A DNA stretch of 33,488 nucleotides, taken from assembly GCA_041738165.1 (NCBI GenBank), contig JBGSQJ010000377.1, forward strand, positions 1-33,488. Reading direction: 5' to 3'. Positions 7,729-16,863 of this stretch are shown here, one piece after another. The notes under the pieces were generated by a model. The model was not told the origin of the DNA. It searched no databases and was given only the letters and a program-made list of their open reading frames with translations. The translations under genes and the position numbers were made by a program. The first letter of the stretch is position 1; each line of letters begins with the position of its first letter. The DNA comes from Bdellovibrionales bacterium. GTDB taxonomy: Bacteria; Bdellovibrionota; Bdellovibrionia; Bdellovibrionales; UBA1609.

Positions 7729-9015
7729 TTACCTCTTAAGATTAATGACCTCAGCCAAAAGCTCATCGGTCGTTGTGATGGTCTTCGCGTTCGCCTGAAA
7801 GCCCCTTTGGTTCTGAATCAGATTCACGAACTCAAGAGCCAAATCGACCGTCGATCGCTCAAGAGATTTCGCAAAAATCTTACCTCGACCCGCACGCTGT
7901 GGAGCTCCAATGGCCGGCGCACCCGAATCTCTGGCTTCTTTCATTCGGTTGTTACCCACTTTGAACATCGACTCAGGGTTTTCGAACTTCGCAAGTGCGA
8001 TCTGAGCGATATCTTCGGTCTCACCGTTTGAATATAGAGCGGTCAGCACACCTTCGTCGTTGAACGAAAGGTTATTGATGGTACCTGCTGCGGCACCATC
8101 TTGCTGCCATGTGATCAAATCAGACTCTTTACCAAACTGCTTCGATCCATTGATCCCCTCGCCTTTGTCTGTGGTGATCGAATCTCCAAAGTCGATTTTG
8201 ATGTTCTGACCCTGAAGGGCTCCACCTTTAAAGTTGAACGCCGAGAGTGTCTGAGTTTCTGTGTCGAGCTTACCATCCACTGTGAACGTAACTTGACCGG
8301 CACAAACCTGCGCCAACTCATCTTCTTTCGCTCCTGTGACCTCTTTGCCATCAACCATACCGTAGTAGTTCCAAGTTCGATCTGCCGATTTAACGAAGAA
8401 CATGTTCACAAGGTGCTTGTTACCTTGAGAATCGTACATCTCTAAACCAGTCGAATAATTGGACGTGTCATATGGGTTTTTTGGATCCCACGCTTTTAGG
8501 TTTTGAACTCTTGAATCTAGGTTCAAATCCAATTTCATTTCAGATGTGGCTTTCGCTGGAACGAGAGCTCTTGGAAATTTGATATCGCCTAGCTTGTTGA
8601 TGATCTTGCCTTTTCCATCGCTTTGAAAACCTTGAATGCGTTGGAAGTCGTTCGAGACGAGGTAGCCCTCTTTATCGAACTTGAATGATCCATCACGCGA
8701 AAACGACTCGCCGTCTGAACCACGCAGCACGAAGTAGCCATCACCCGCAATGGCAAGATCCGTGTTTTTCTCTGTGGCATCGACGTTACCTTGAACCAAG
8801 ATCGGATTGACAGACCCGATCTTCACACCACGACCAATTTGGTTACCACCCAAGATGCCTTTTAAGCTCTTGGCCACGATATCCTGAAACTCGGCACGTG
8901 ACGCTTTGAAACCTGTTGTGTTGGCGTTGGCAATGTTATCGCCGATGACGCCCAAGGCTTCACCTTGTGCGGCTAAACCCGACACACCGGTGTACAGTGA
9001 AGATAAAACACCCAT
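7729..9015 (-). CDS. flgE: Flagellar hook protein FlgE
   Basis: N-terminal SLYTGVSGL...IANANTTGFK and C-terminal LIQNQRGFQANAKTITT rod/hook motifs. GGAGG ribosome-binding site. Confidence 0.93.
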   Translation of the reverse strand: MGVLSSLYTGVSGLAAQGEALGVIGDNIANANTTGFKASRAEFQDIVAKSLKGILGGNQIGRGVKIGSVNPILVQGNVDATEKNTDLAIAGDGYFVLRGSDGESFSRDGSFKFDKEGYLVSNDFQRIQGFQSDGKGKIINKLGDIKFPRALVPAKATSEMKLDLNLDSRVQNLKAWDPKNPYDTSNYSTGLEMYDSQGNKHLVNMFFVKSADRTWNYYGMVDGKEVTGAKEDELAQVCAGQVTFTVDGKLDTETQTLSAFNFKGGALQGQNIKIDFGDSITTDKGEGINGSKQFGKESDLITWQQDGAAAGTINNLSFNDEGVLTALYSNGETEDIAQIALAKFENPESMFKVGNNRMKEARDSGAPAIGAPQRAGRGKIFAKSLERSTVDLALEFVNLIQNQRGFQANAKTITTTDELLAEVINLKR

Positions 9016-9094
9016 TTAAGACCTCCATGTCTTATTGACCGAAGGGCCCCCTTAAAGAGGACCAGCCCAATTGGTTAATTTTTAAATCACTAAA

Positions 9095-9508
9095 CTAAAT
9101 CACCACAGTGGAATCGATATTCGTAAAGACATTTTCACGAAGTGCGGATTTGTCCATTACGGTCACCACCGTTTTATCTTTTATACTTACAATTAAGGCC
9201 GCGTTGTCTGTTAGCAACAGAGTTTCCCGTGCGCCCTTTGCGGCAGCCTTTTGCACGGCATTTTCGATCTTGTTCATTTGTTCCCCCGAGAATTGAACCC
9301 CCCTTGTTTGCATTCTTTCGATTGCATGATTTGAAAACTTCAATGGACTGGAAGTTAGCCCCCCAGCTTTATTTATTTTTTCATTTGCGAGCGCTTCAAG
9401 CTCTTTTTTAAAGTCGGCCCCGCCCACTGAACCATTCGACGGCTTTAGCCCTCTCTCAACGAGAGGATTTGAACCGACTATCGGTAAAGAGGGACCGATG
9501 TTTTTCAC
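9095..9508 (-). CDS. Small flagellar-operon protein (resembles the TIGR02530-type protein found between flgD and flgE)
   Basis: Lies between flgD and flgE. It has a FSNHAIERMQTRGV motif and a GTGA overlap with flgD. The family name is recalled, not searched. Confidence 0.6.
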   Translation of the reverse strand: MKNIGPSLPIVGSNPLVERGLKPSNGSVGGADFKKELEALANEKINKAGGLTSSPLKFSNHAIERMQTRGVQFSGEQMNKIENAVQKAAAKGARETLLLTDNAALIVSIKDKTVVTVMDKSALRENVFTNIDSTVVI

Positions 9509-10506
9509 GTGCCTTCCATTCCCGCTTTGGCGCCCTGCTTGTTCAAAATATTGATCAAGCCCTGATCCATGGCCACATCATTGATATTTCCATCACCAAC
9601 GGGTTTTGCTTTGGCTCCGGCCTGAGGCTTCACTTTTGAAGCGGGGTCAGTGACCGCGGGAGCCTTGAGAACTCCCGTGGGCATCATTTGCCCTTGAGCT
9701 GCGGCCCTTGGATCAGAAATGGATTTCACATCACGCATATCCACAACCTGATTGCCTATTAGAAGTTGTGGACCTTTTGGAGTGAAGTTCACGCCCGTAA
9801 TCGTGCCCTCGAGTTTAGTCTCGGCCATTAGTTTTTTGCCGTTTGAGCCAACGGCCTCAAGGACGGCGACATAGTCACCTGCGGGAGCCGCTTGCCCGTC
9901 ATCTTGAATTCCATTCCACTCAATCGCATTTTGACCCGACTTCAACCCTTTTAAGTCAAAGGCGCGAATGTCCGCCCCTTGTGCGTTCTTTATTTTTACA
10001 GAAAGCGTTTGGGCATCCGCCGCGAGTTTGAAGCGAATGTCGTGAGTCGACGTGTTGCTCGAACGGCTAATCTTTGAATTGTCAGAAGTGATGGTGTGCC
10101 CTATGTAAGACAGTGCCTGAAAGTTCTGATCGGGCTTTTTGTCAGCGCGAAGCCCTTCAATCCCATCATTGATAGTTTGCAACTTCTCAAGCGAAGTGAA
10201 TTGCGCGAGCTGTGCCGCCATCTCATGACTCTTAAGTGGATTTGTAGGGTCTTGATTTTTCAGTTGCGTCAGAAGTAGGTTTAAAAAAGCATCTTTGCCA
10301 AGCTGATTGTTACCAACCGTGCGCATTTTTTTAGCGGGATCGGTCCAGTTGGGATCTGTCAGTTTATTGAGAGTGTCGCCGATCTCTTCGCCTTGAAAGA
10401 GATTCTCTTTGTCTTTGGCACTTATATTCTGCGTTCGGTCCGGGTCAAAATCTGTTCGCTGAGGAGCTGCAGAAAATGTTTGTGAACCCGCTTTTATATT
10501 GAACAT
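9505..10506 (-). CDS. flgD: Flagellar hook assembly/capping protein FlgD
   Basis: LGKDAFLNLLLTQLKNQDPTNPL motif, plus a C-terminal Ig-like segment (AGDYVAVLEAV...). Confidence 0.9.
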   Translation of the reverse strand: MFNIKAGSQTFSAAPQRTDFDPDRTQNISAKDKENLFQGEEIGDTLNKLTDPNWTDPAKKMRTVGNNQLGKDAFLNLLLTQLKNQDPTNPLKSHEMAAQLAQFTSLEKLQTINDGIEGLRADKKPDQNFQALSYIGHTITSDNSKISRSSNTSTHDIRFKLAADAQTLSVKIKNAQGADIRAFDLKGLKSGQNAIEWNGIQDDGQAAPAGDYVAVLEAVGSNGKKLMAETKLEGTITGVNFTPKGPQLLIGNQVVDMRDVKSISDPRAAAQGQMMPTGVLKAPAVTDPASKVKPQAGAKAKPVGDGNINDVAMDQGLINILNKQGAKAGMEGT

Positions 10507-10513
10507 TTCATCC

Positions 10514-12478
10514 CTATGCCACCAAATCTAATCGGCGGGCTTCTTTTTTACGTGACCCTGAGGGAGCCTGAACATCACTGGGAGCGTCGGCCTGGCTCTG
10601 ATAGGCCTTTGCACTTGGAACTTCAAAGAAAGATTTGCGCCATCCTTGCTGATCTTGTCTAAACTGCTCGAGCGCCTGGTGGGCCATTTGCCTTTGCGCC
10701 TCTTGATACTGCTGTTCAAGCTGCTTTCCTAAGTGAGTGGCTGTGTCCACCTTAATAGTGTCTACTGCCAAATCATGAACCATCAGACTGTTTTTTAGCC
10801 CGCCGAGTTCACGCTCTATTAGGCGCTTAGCTTCGTCGCTTTCGGTGATCATTTGTACGCTCACCTTGCCGTTTTCAACATTCACTTTCAAAGCCACTTC
10901 GCCAAGGCCATCCGGGTTCAGAGTGACCTTCATTTCTCCGCCGCCCTCGCGTACCAACACCTGTGCGGATTCAATCACCTCAGGAACCGTGACTTGATTA
11001 GGTTGAGCTGGGGCCTGAGGACTCTGAATAGTTGCATCGCCATTTAGCTTTGTGGCTCCCGCAAATCCATTCGCTTCGACAGGCATTCCTTCTGAGTCGA
11101 AATCAATCATATCTTCAGAATCCTCTGAGTCCGTGAGTAATCCACCAAGACCTGCGGCCACCGACGCTCCCGCAACGGCAACTGGAGCTGCGGCGCTCGC
11201 TGTGGCCGAGGCGCCTTTAGCAGATTGGCTCATAGATCGCCCCAAAATAGATTCCATAGATTCACTTGCTGGGGCGATAGGTAACTCTTTTGGCGCCACG
11301 TCGTTAGTCACAGTAAATTTTTGAATCAAACTATCGAGGTCAACAGCAGGCGCCTCGCCTTTTTGAGCATAGGCGTTCTGACTGAGCTGCGTCTTCTCAC
11401 CACTATTTAAACTCTTAGTGGCCACTGAATCGACCATTCCATTTTCAGATGGCATAGGATTGACCGAGCCCAAATTGGGATTCGCGCCAATTGGACTCGC
11501 GGCTGGCGCCACGCCCGCCGCTTGCATCCCGACTGGCATTTGAGATTTCATATTGCCAGACGGCGCCTGGGCCGATCCTGGATCAGCCACGGGAGTCTGA
11601 GCTTTTGGCGCTTGGCCCTGCATAAAGAAATTATGGTTCATGCGTTCGAGTGAAGATTGCAATTCTTTTCGCTGAAGCTCGCGTTGAGACATGAGCGAGA
11701 GGCTAATTTGGCGCTTTGATGCCGCCAATTCTTCGCCCATGCTCTTTGACTCGGTTTTGTCGATCAAGGCGGTGAAGTACTGTTTTGCCAACTGAGACTG
11801 TTGCTCATCTAACCCCAGTGCCATCACCACTTTATCTACGGTTTCATGTGGAGGCTTCGCGAGATCTTCAGCAGTGAGCGACGCAAATGCGCCAAGAACG
11901 TCTTCGACAGAGACGCCAAACTCTTCTCGCATTTTTCTTAAGAAATCATTCCAAACCACTCGGCGCGTGAGTGAGTCGATGTTGGGGTCAACTTCACCGC
12001 CAACGGCCTTTGATTTTCCCTTACCCATCGGCAGCGCGATTTGATTGGTGTCAACTAACCCTCGATCCGACGGCGGCGTGGTATTCACGCCCGGATTGGG
12101 CATCATACCACCACTGAACCCTGAAGCTTGAACTTCGGAGCCTTCTTGAGTTGCGTTCACCTGATCGTCGCTGCTGGAGTTTTTAGACTCGAGGATTTGC
12201 TTAAACTCTCCAAATTCTCGTGCAGGTTCAGAAGCTTTTCGGTCCGTTGATTTTTGCGCAGCCGATTTTTGAAGCGGTGTAAATTTGGAATCTTTTGAGT
12301 CTGACTTTGAACTCGAGTCATTCACTCGCTTTTGACTTTTTTCTAGACTCGAAAAAAGTGAATCTTTGCTCGATTCGCCCGCCTTGCTCTCTTCCCCATC
12401 GGCAGCGCGATTGGGCGCGGCCTTGCCCTCTGGGCGAGTGGTGAAAGTATTCAAAATCGGGCTCTTACTTACTAACAT
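10514..12478 (-). CDS. fliK: Flagellar hook-length control protein FliK
   Basis: Long, low-complexity N-terminal region. The C-terminal block is Flg_hook-like (MKVTLNPDGLGEVALKVNVENGKVSVQM). Its operon position fits. Confidence 0.8.
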   Translation of the reverse strand: MLVSKSPILNTFTTRPEGKAAPNRAADGEESKAGESSKDSLFSSLEKSQKRVNDSSSKSDSKDSKFTPLQKSAAQKSTDRKASEPAREFGEFKQILESKNSSSDDQVNATQEGSEVQASGFSGGMMPNPGVNTTPPSDRGLVDTNQIALPMGKGKSKAVGGEVDPNIDSLTRRVVWNDFLRKMREEFGVSVEDVLGAFASLTAEDLAKPPHETVDKVVMALGLDEQQSQLAKQYFTALIDKTESKSMGEELAASKRQISLSLMSQRELQRKELQSSLERMNHNFFMQGQAPKAQTPVADPGSAQAPSGNMKSQMPVGMQAAGVAPAASPIGANPNLGSVNPMPSENGMVDSVATKSLNSGEKTQLSQNAYAQKGEAPAVDLDSLIQKFTVTNDVAPKELPIAPASESMESILGRSMSQSAKGASATASAAAPVAVAGASVAAGLGGLLTDSEDSEDMIDFDSEGMPVEANGFAGATKLNGDATIQSPQAPAQPNQVTVPEVIESAQVLVREGGGEMKVTLNPDGLGEVALKVNVENGKVSVQMITESDEAKRLIERELGGLKNSLMVHDLAVDTIKVDTATHLGKQLEQQYQEAQRQMAHQALEQFRQDQQGWRKSFFEVPSAKAYQSQADAPSDVQAPSGSRKKEARRLDLVA

Positions 12479-12487
12479 TTAAAAACT

Positions 12488-13255
12488 CTATCCCTTCGGC
12501 TCGCTGGATCGGCCCCGCCGATACCCTGTATATCGCTCCGACAAAACCTTGGCTTTGTCTGGTGATAGCAAGTTCATAATTTCCGCTGCGTTTTTCTTTT
12601 TCATTTTAGCCAAAACCTCAATCGCCAAGTCCTCATTAATCGAGCCGATGATTTCAGCGGCTTGCTTGGGCTTCATGTTCGCGTAAAGATCAACCAACTT
12701 CGTCACCTTCTCCTGGTCCACCTCGACCCTGTCTTTCAGAACTTGCGCAATCTGAGTTCGCATTTGTTCAAGTTGCTGAATTCTTTTGTCGAGCTCACCC
12801 TTTTGCCTTTGCAATTCCTCTTCCAACTCTCCCAGCTCTTTTTCACGAACATCCAACTCATCTTTTCGTTTTCTCAATACCTTGAAATGACTGAACTCTT
12901 CTTGAACATCTGACTCCACCTTTTGACCAACGTCGGGTGAGGCCTGTTCAGCTTTGGCGGCAGGTTTTGCCGCTGCTGGTTTCGCCGGGGCGGAACTTTC
13001 TGCCGCGACTCGGCTCACCCCTTGCACTTCAATTCGGTCGAAAAAAGTCTCAATTTTTTCGGGGTTGGCCAGATAAAATCCAGCCATTCCCAGACTTATC
13101 ACCAAGCCGGCCACAATCTTGAGCGGAAACGGAGGCCGCGATTTCACCCTCAACATCTTTCTCAAACTCGCCTCAGTCTGATCTTGCCGAGGCAACGACC
13201 CTGCGCCCCGTTTGACCTGCTGCGCTTTTTTGAAAAACTGATCGTATCCACTCAT
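12488..13255 (-). CDS. YlxF/MotE-like flagellar protein (MgtE_N-like C-terminal domain)
   Basis: One transmembrane segment, a coiled coil, and a C-terminal PKQAAEII...LAIEVLAKM...AAEIMNLL block. It lies between fliJ and fliK, as ylxF does in the B. subtilis fla/che operon. ATGA overlap with fliJ. Confidence 0.65.
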   Translation of the reverse strand: MSGYDQFFKKAQQVKRGAGSLPRQDQTEASLRKMLRVKSRPPFPLKIVAGLVISLGMAGFYLANPEKIETFFDRIEVQGVSRVAAESSAPAKPAAAKPAAKAEQASPDVGQKVESDVQEEFSHFKVLRKRKDELDVREKELGELEEELQRQKGELDKRIQQLEQMRTQIAQVLKDRVEVDQEKVTKLVDLYANMKPKQAAEIIGSINEDLAIEVLAKMKKKNAAEIMNLLSPDKAKVLSERYTGYRRGRSSEPKG

Positions 13256-13701
13256 CTGAGCCTCCGCGAATGGCGCATCGTTGAAATGTCATCAAGCTCT
13301 TTGGCCTCAAGTTTTGCCATTTTAATTTTGTATTCACTCAATCTCTTCTCTCGCAATTTTTCCATGGCCTTTCGATCCTTCGAAGCCTCGACCAATTTTT
13401 CGAGGTAGGCCTCTTCTGACATCATCAACTCCCGAGCGACTTCTCTCTTTTTTTTAATTCGCACTCGATGGCCGATTAAAAAAAACTCCATTTGGCGTAC
13501 TAGCTCAATGTCCTTGGCAAGGCCACGGCCCTGGGCCATAAATATTTCGCGGCGCACTTCATCTGCACGATTGTACATAGCCTCGATTTCCTCTAACACC
13601 CGTTGCACTTTGGCTTGCGCCTCCATTAGGTCTCGTTTGGCGAGCTCCTCTTGGCGCTTTCTGTGTTTACGGACAGGTTCAAGCGAAAATCGAAACGCCA
13701 T
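13252..13701 (-). CDS. fliJ: Flagellar export chaperone FliJ
   Basis: 149-aa charged coiled-coil protein immediately after fliI. Confidence 0.75.
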   Translation of the reverse strand: MAFRFSLEPVRKHRKRQEELAKRDLMEAQAKVQRVLEEIEAMYNRADEVRREIFMAQGRGLAKDIELVRQMEFFLIGHRVRIKKKREVARELMMSEEAYLEKLVEASKDRKAMEKLREKRLSEYKIKMAKLEAKELDDISTMRHSRRLR

Positions 13702-13703
13702 AG

Positions 13704-15017
13704 CTATCCAATCCCCATTAACATTCTCTCAGCATCGTTGTAGCTAGAGATTTCATCACTAGATTGTCTAAGCAGACTTTCGATAACAGGGTTCAGCTTA
13801 ACCGCCAGATCAATTCGAGGATTGGCGCCGGATTTGTAGGCACCAATGTTGATTAGATCTTCGGCCTCTTTGTAAATCGACATCACTTCACGGGTCAGAG
13901 AAGCGCGCGTGTAATGCTCATTAGACACCACGTTTCTCATCACTCGAGAAATGCTCTGAAGCACATCAATCGCTGGATAGTGACCGCGCTGGGCCAACTC
14001 ACGAGTCAAAACAATGTGCCCATCCACAATAGATCGAACGGCGTCACCTATAGGATCATTCATGTCATCGCCTTCAACCAAGACCGTGTACAATCCAGTG
14101 ATGCTGCCTTTTTTTTCAAAACGGCCCGCCCGCTCTAATAGCTTGGGCAAAAGCGCAAATGTGCTCGGCGTATAGCCTTTTGTGGTGGGCGGCTCGCCAA
14201 CATTCAAACCGATTTCCCTTTGCGCCATCGCGAACCTAGTGACCGAATCCATGACAAGAAGAACATTTTTTCCGGTTCCGCTAAAGTATTCGGCGATGGT
14301 TGTGGCCACAAATGCGGCGCGAGTTCTCACGAGAGCACTTTGGTCACTTGTCGCGACCACCACAACTGACTTTTTAAGACCTTCTGGTCCAAGAGACTCT
14401 TCGATAAACTCTCTCACCTCTCGGCCTCGCTCACCCACCAATGCGATGACGTTCACGTCGGCCGCCGAGTTTCTTGCCATCATTCCAATCAAAACTGATT
14501 TTCCAACACCTGAGCCCGCCATAATGCCTAAACGCTGACCTTGTCCAAAAGTCAGCATGGCATCAATCGCCCTCACGCCCACACTCATGGGTTCGCGAAT
14601 GGGTGGTCTTTCAAGTGGATTGTTGGCTTCTCCATAAAGAGGCATTTCGTCTGACACGTTCGGATCACCAAGACCATCAATAGGCTCACCTAGTCCATTG
14701 ATGACCCGACCCAAAAGACCCTCGCCCACGCCCACCGAAGCCACCGAACGCCGAACTAAAATTCTAGAACCCAGCCCTAAGCCCGACATTTCACCAAGGG
14801 GCATCAACAACACTTCTCTGTCACGAAACCCAACCACCTCAGCCAGAAAACTTTGGGCCCCAGAATTGGGGAAAATTTCGCAGACGCTCCCCACCGAAGC
14901 CTCAGGAATATAGCCGCAAATTAAAAAACCAGTAACATGAGTGACTTTGCCAATGTCGCGAGTGAGCTGCGCTGTCGCCAGTGCCTTTTCATATTTTTTT
15001 AGATTTACCGACTCCAC
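13704..15017 (-). CDS. fliI: Flagellum-specific ATPase FliI
   Basis: Walker A (GSGVGKS), Walker B (LLVMDSVTR), and F1/T3SS-ATPase-like sequence throughout. GTG start. Confidence 0.93.
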   Translation of the reverse strand: MESVNLKKYEKALATAQLTRDIGKVTHVTGFLICGYIPEASVGSVCEIFPNSGAQSFLAEVVGFRDREVLLMPLGEMSGLGLGSRILVRRSVASVGVGEGLLGRVINGLGEPIDGLGDPNVSDEMPLYGEANNPLERPPIREPMSVGVRAIDAMLTFGQGQRLGIMAGSGVGKSVLIGMMARNSAADVNVIALVGERGREVREFIEESLGPEGLKKSVVVVATSDQSALVRTRAAFVATTIAEYFSGTGKNVLLVMDSVTRFAMAQREIGLNVGEPPTTKGYTPSTFALLPKLLERAGRFEKKGSITGLYTVLVEGDDMNDPIGDAVRSIVDGHIVLTRELAQRGHYPAIDVLQSISRVMRNVVSNEHYTRASLTREVMSIYKEAEDLINIGAYKSGANPRIDLAVKLNPVIESLLRQSSDEISSYNDAERMLMGIG

Positions 15018-15020
15018 AGT

Positions 15021-15800
15021 CTATGTCCCATCGGTGTTTGCATTTCGCTTTGGAATCTTTGACTGAAGAGTTTGCCACACTCGCTCAACCCGCTCTTCGA
15101 CCGTCGCATCAACGGTGCCAAATTCAGATTCGATCAATGCTCCGCCCGACTTGACGGACTCGTCACCGAGTAACCGTGTGCGTTCTAACCCTTGAATTTT
15201 CTCTTTGGCCTTGTCTTGCAAAGTTTCGATAAAATAAAGATCCTCGGGCGAAAGCTTAACGGTGATTTTTTCGTCATCACTCATCTGAAGCAGCACATCT
15301 TTGAGAATTTCAACCGCGGCCTCTCGATGCTCTGTTAGGTCTCGAAGCGCTATGCGCTTGCCAATTTGAAAGAGCAGATTGACCAAAGCCTCTTCGTTGT
15401 CCGTGAGGATTTGCCGTTTCAAATTTTCGATGCTTTTCACAATGTTCTCGAGCGCCTTTTGACTCTCGAGCAAACTGGCCTGCGCCTCGACAAAGGCCTT
15501 CTCTGAACCTTCAATCGTCCCCAGGTCAAAGCCCTCTTTGTAAGCTTTTTCTTCGACCTCTTTTAACTTCTCTAAAACTTTGGCATTGATAGAATCTTGC
15601 TGCGCCTCAGATTGAAGTTTAGTTATGCCCGTTTGTTGCGCCAAAAGATCTGAAATGGCAAAAGCTGAAGGTTTCGCAATCACCTCTTCCGCGTACTCAA
15701 CGGCCGATCCAGAGGGGCTGAGCTTGATATCTCGAGGTTTAAAGTCAAAGGTCTGCGATGCCGCATGGTTGGCTTTGATAATACCCTTCTCCAAACCCAT
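15021..15800 (-). CDS. fliH: Flagellar assembly protein FliH
   Basis: Lies between fliG and fliI. Coiled-coil middle region and a FliH-like C-terminus (GGALIESEFGTVDATVEERV). Confidence 0.8.
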   Translation of the reverse strand: MGLEKGIIKANHAASQTFDFKPRDIKLSPSGSAVEYAEEVIAKPSAFAISDLLAQQTGITKLQSEAQQDSINAKVLEKLKEVEEKAYKEGFDLGTIEGSEKAFVEAQASLLESQKALENIVKSIENLKRQILTDNEEALVNLLFQIGKRIALRDLTEHREAAVEILKDVLLQMSDDEKITVKLSPEDLYFIETLQDKAKEKIQGLERTRLLGDESVKSGGALIESEFGTVDATVEERVERVWQTLQSKIPKRNANTDGT

Positions 15801-15819
15801 GACCTATCCTTTCAACTCA

Positions 15820-16863
15820 CTAAACCAATGCGTCTTCAGATCCACCGCGCGCAATCAGGATTTTTCCTTCTTGCTCTAAACGACGAGCTGTATTGACGAT
15901 CTCGACCTGCGCGCCTTCGACATCGGACAGTCGCGCTGGTCCCATATTCCCAAGATCGTCTTGTAAGAGCTTGGCCGCACGTTGAGAAATATTTTTGAAA
16001 ATTTTGGTTCGAATTTCTTCGTTCGCCGTTTTGAGTGCCAACAACAACTTGTCGTTGGGAACTTCTTTGAGCAGCGTCTGAATGCCTTTGTCGTCGATTT
16101 TGATAATATCTTCGAACACAAACATGAGTTTACGAATCTCTTCGGCCAAGATCGGATCTTTTTCTTCAATGCGCGACATAATGGCGGTCTCAGTGTTTTT
16201 GTCCATAACGTTGAGCATTTCCGCAACCGGCTGAACTCCACCAAGAGAGGCTTGCTCCACAGTGCCAATTGTCGAAAGTTCTTGGCGAAGCACTCGGTCT
16301 ACTTCGGCGATAAGCTCGGGCGCCACGTGATCTAGGTTCGAGAGACGCAGCACAACTTCCGCCTGCAAAGATTCAGGAAGCCTTTTGAGAACCTCACCTT
16401 TTTTCTCGGGCTCCAAGTGAGCTAAAATCACGGCAATAGTTTGAGGATGTTCGTTTAATAAAAAGTTAGACAGTGACTTTGCGTCTACCATTTCAAGGCT
16501 CTCGAGATTTCGGGCCGCTGGTGCCGCTGCCGCCAAGTGACCTAATATGCCCCGCGCACGCTCTTCACCTACAGCATCGATGACGGTTTCTTTGTTAGTC
16601 GAGTTTTCAGAAAAAATGTATTCGGCAGATTCACTGATCAACTCATAGTATTCTTCAAGAACTCGTTTGGTCACTTCAACGGGCACGATTCGGTACTTTT
16701 GCATCACACCCAAGAGCTTTCGAATGTCACCGTCATCGGCAAATTTAAAGAGTTTCTTGGCCGCTTCAGGGCCCAGATAGTTGACCAAGATGGCGGCCTT
16801 CTCAAATCCGCGCAGATCTTCATACTTGATGTTGTCAACCTTCACTAGGCGAATGACGTTCAT
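15820..16863 (-). CDS. fliG: Flagellar motor switch protein FliG
   Basis: FliG-like sequence throughout (MFVFEDI, ARM-like repeats). AGGAGAG ribosome-binding site and an ATGA overlap with the fliF stop favour the ATG at 16863 over the longer 16884 start. Confidence 0.92.
   Translation of the reverse strand: MNVIRLVKVDNIKYEDLRGFEKAAILVNYLGPEAAKKLFKFADDGDIRKLLGVMQKYRIVPVEVTKRVLEEYYELISESAEYIFSENSTNKETVIDAVGEERARGILGHLAAAAPAARNLESLEMVDAKSLSNFLLNEHPQTIAVILAHLEPEKKGEVLKRLPESLQAEVVLRLSNLDHVAPELIAEVDRVLRQELSTIGTVEQASLGGVQPVAEMLNVMDKNTETAIMSRIEEKDPILAEEIRKLMFVFEDIIKIDDKGIQTLLKEVPNDKLLLALKTANEEIRTKIFKNISQRAAKLLQDDLGNMGPARLSDVEGAQVEIVNTARRLEQEGKILIARGGSEDALV

Noticed and set aside
9016-9094. Sigma-28-like -10 (GTCAATAA) upstream of flgE
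   Set aside because: Only 6/8 match to GCCGATAA and no convincing TAAA -35 at the correct spacing. Too weak to call.
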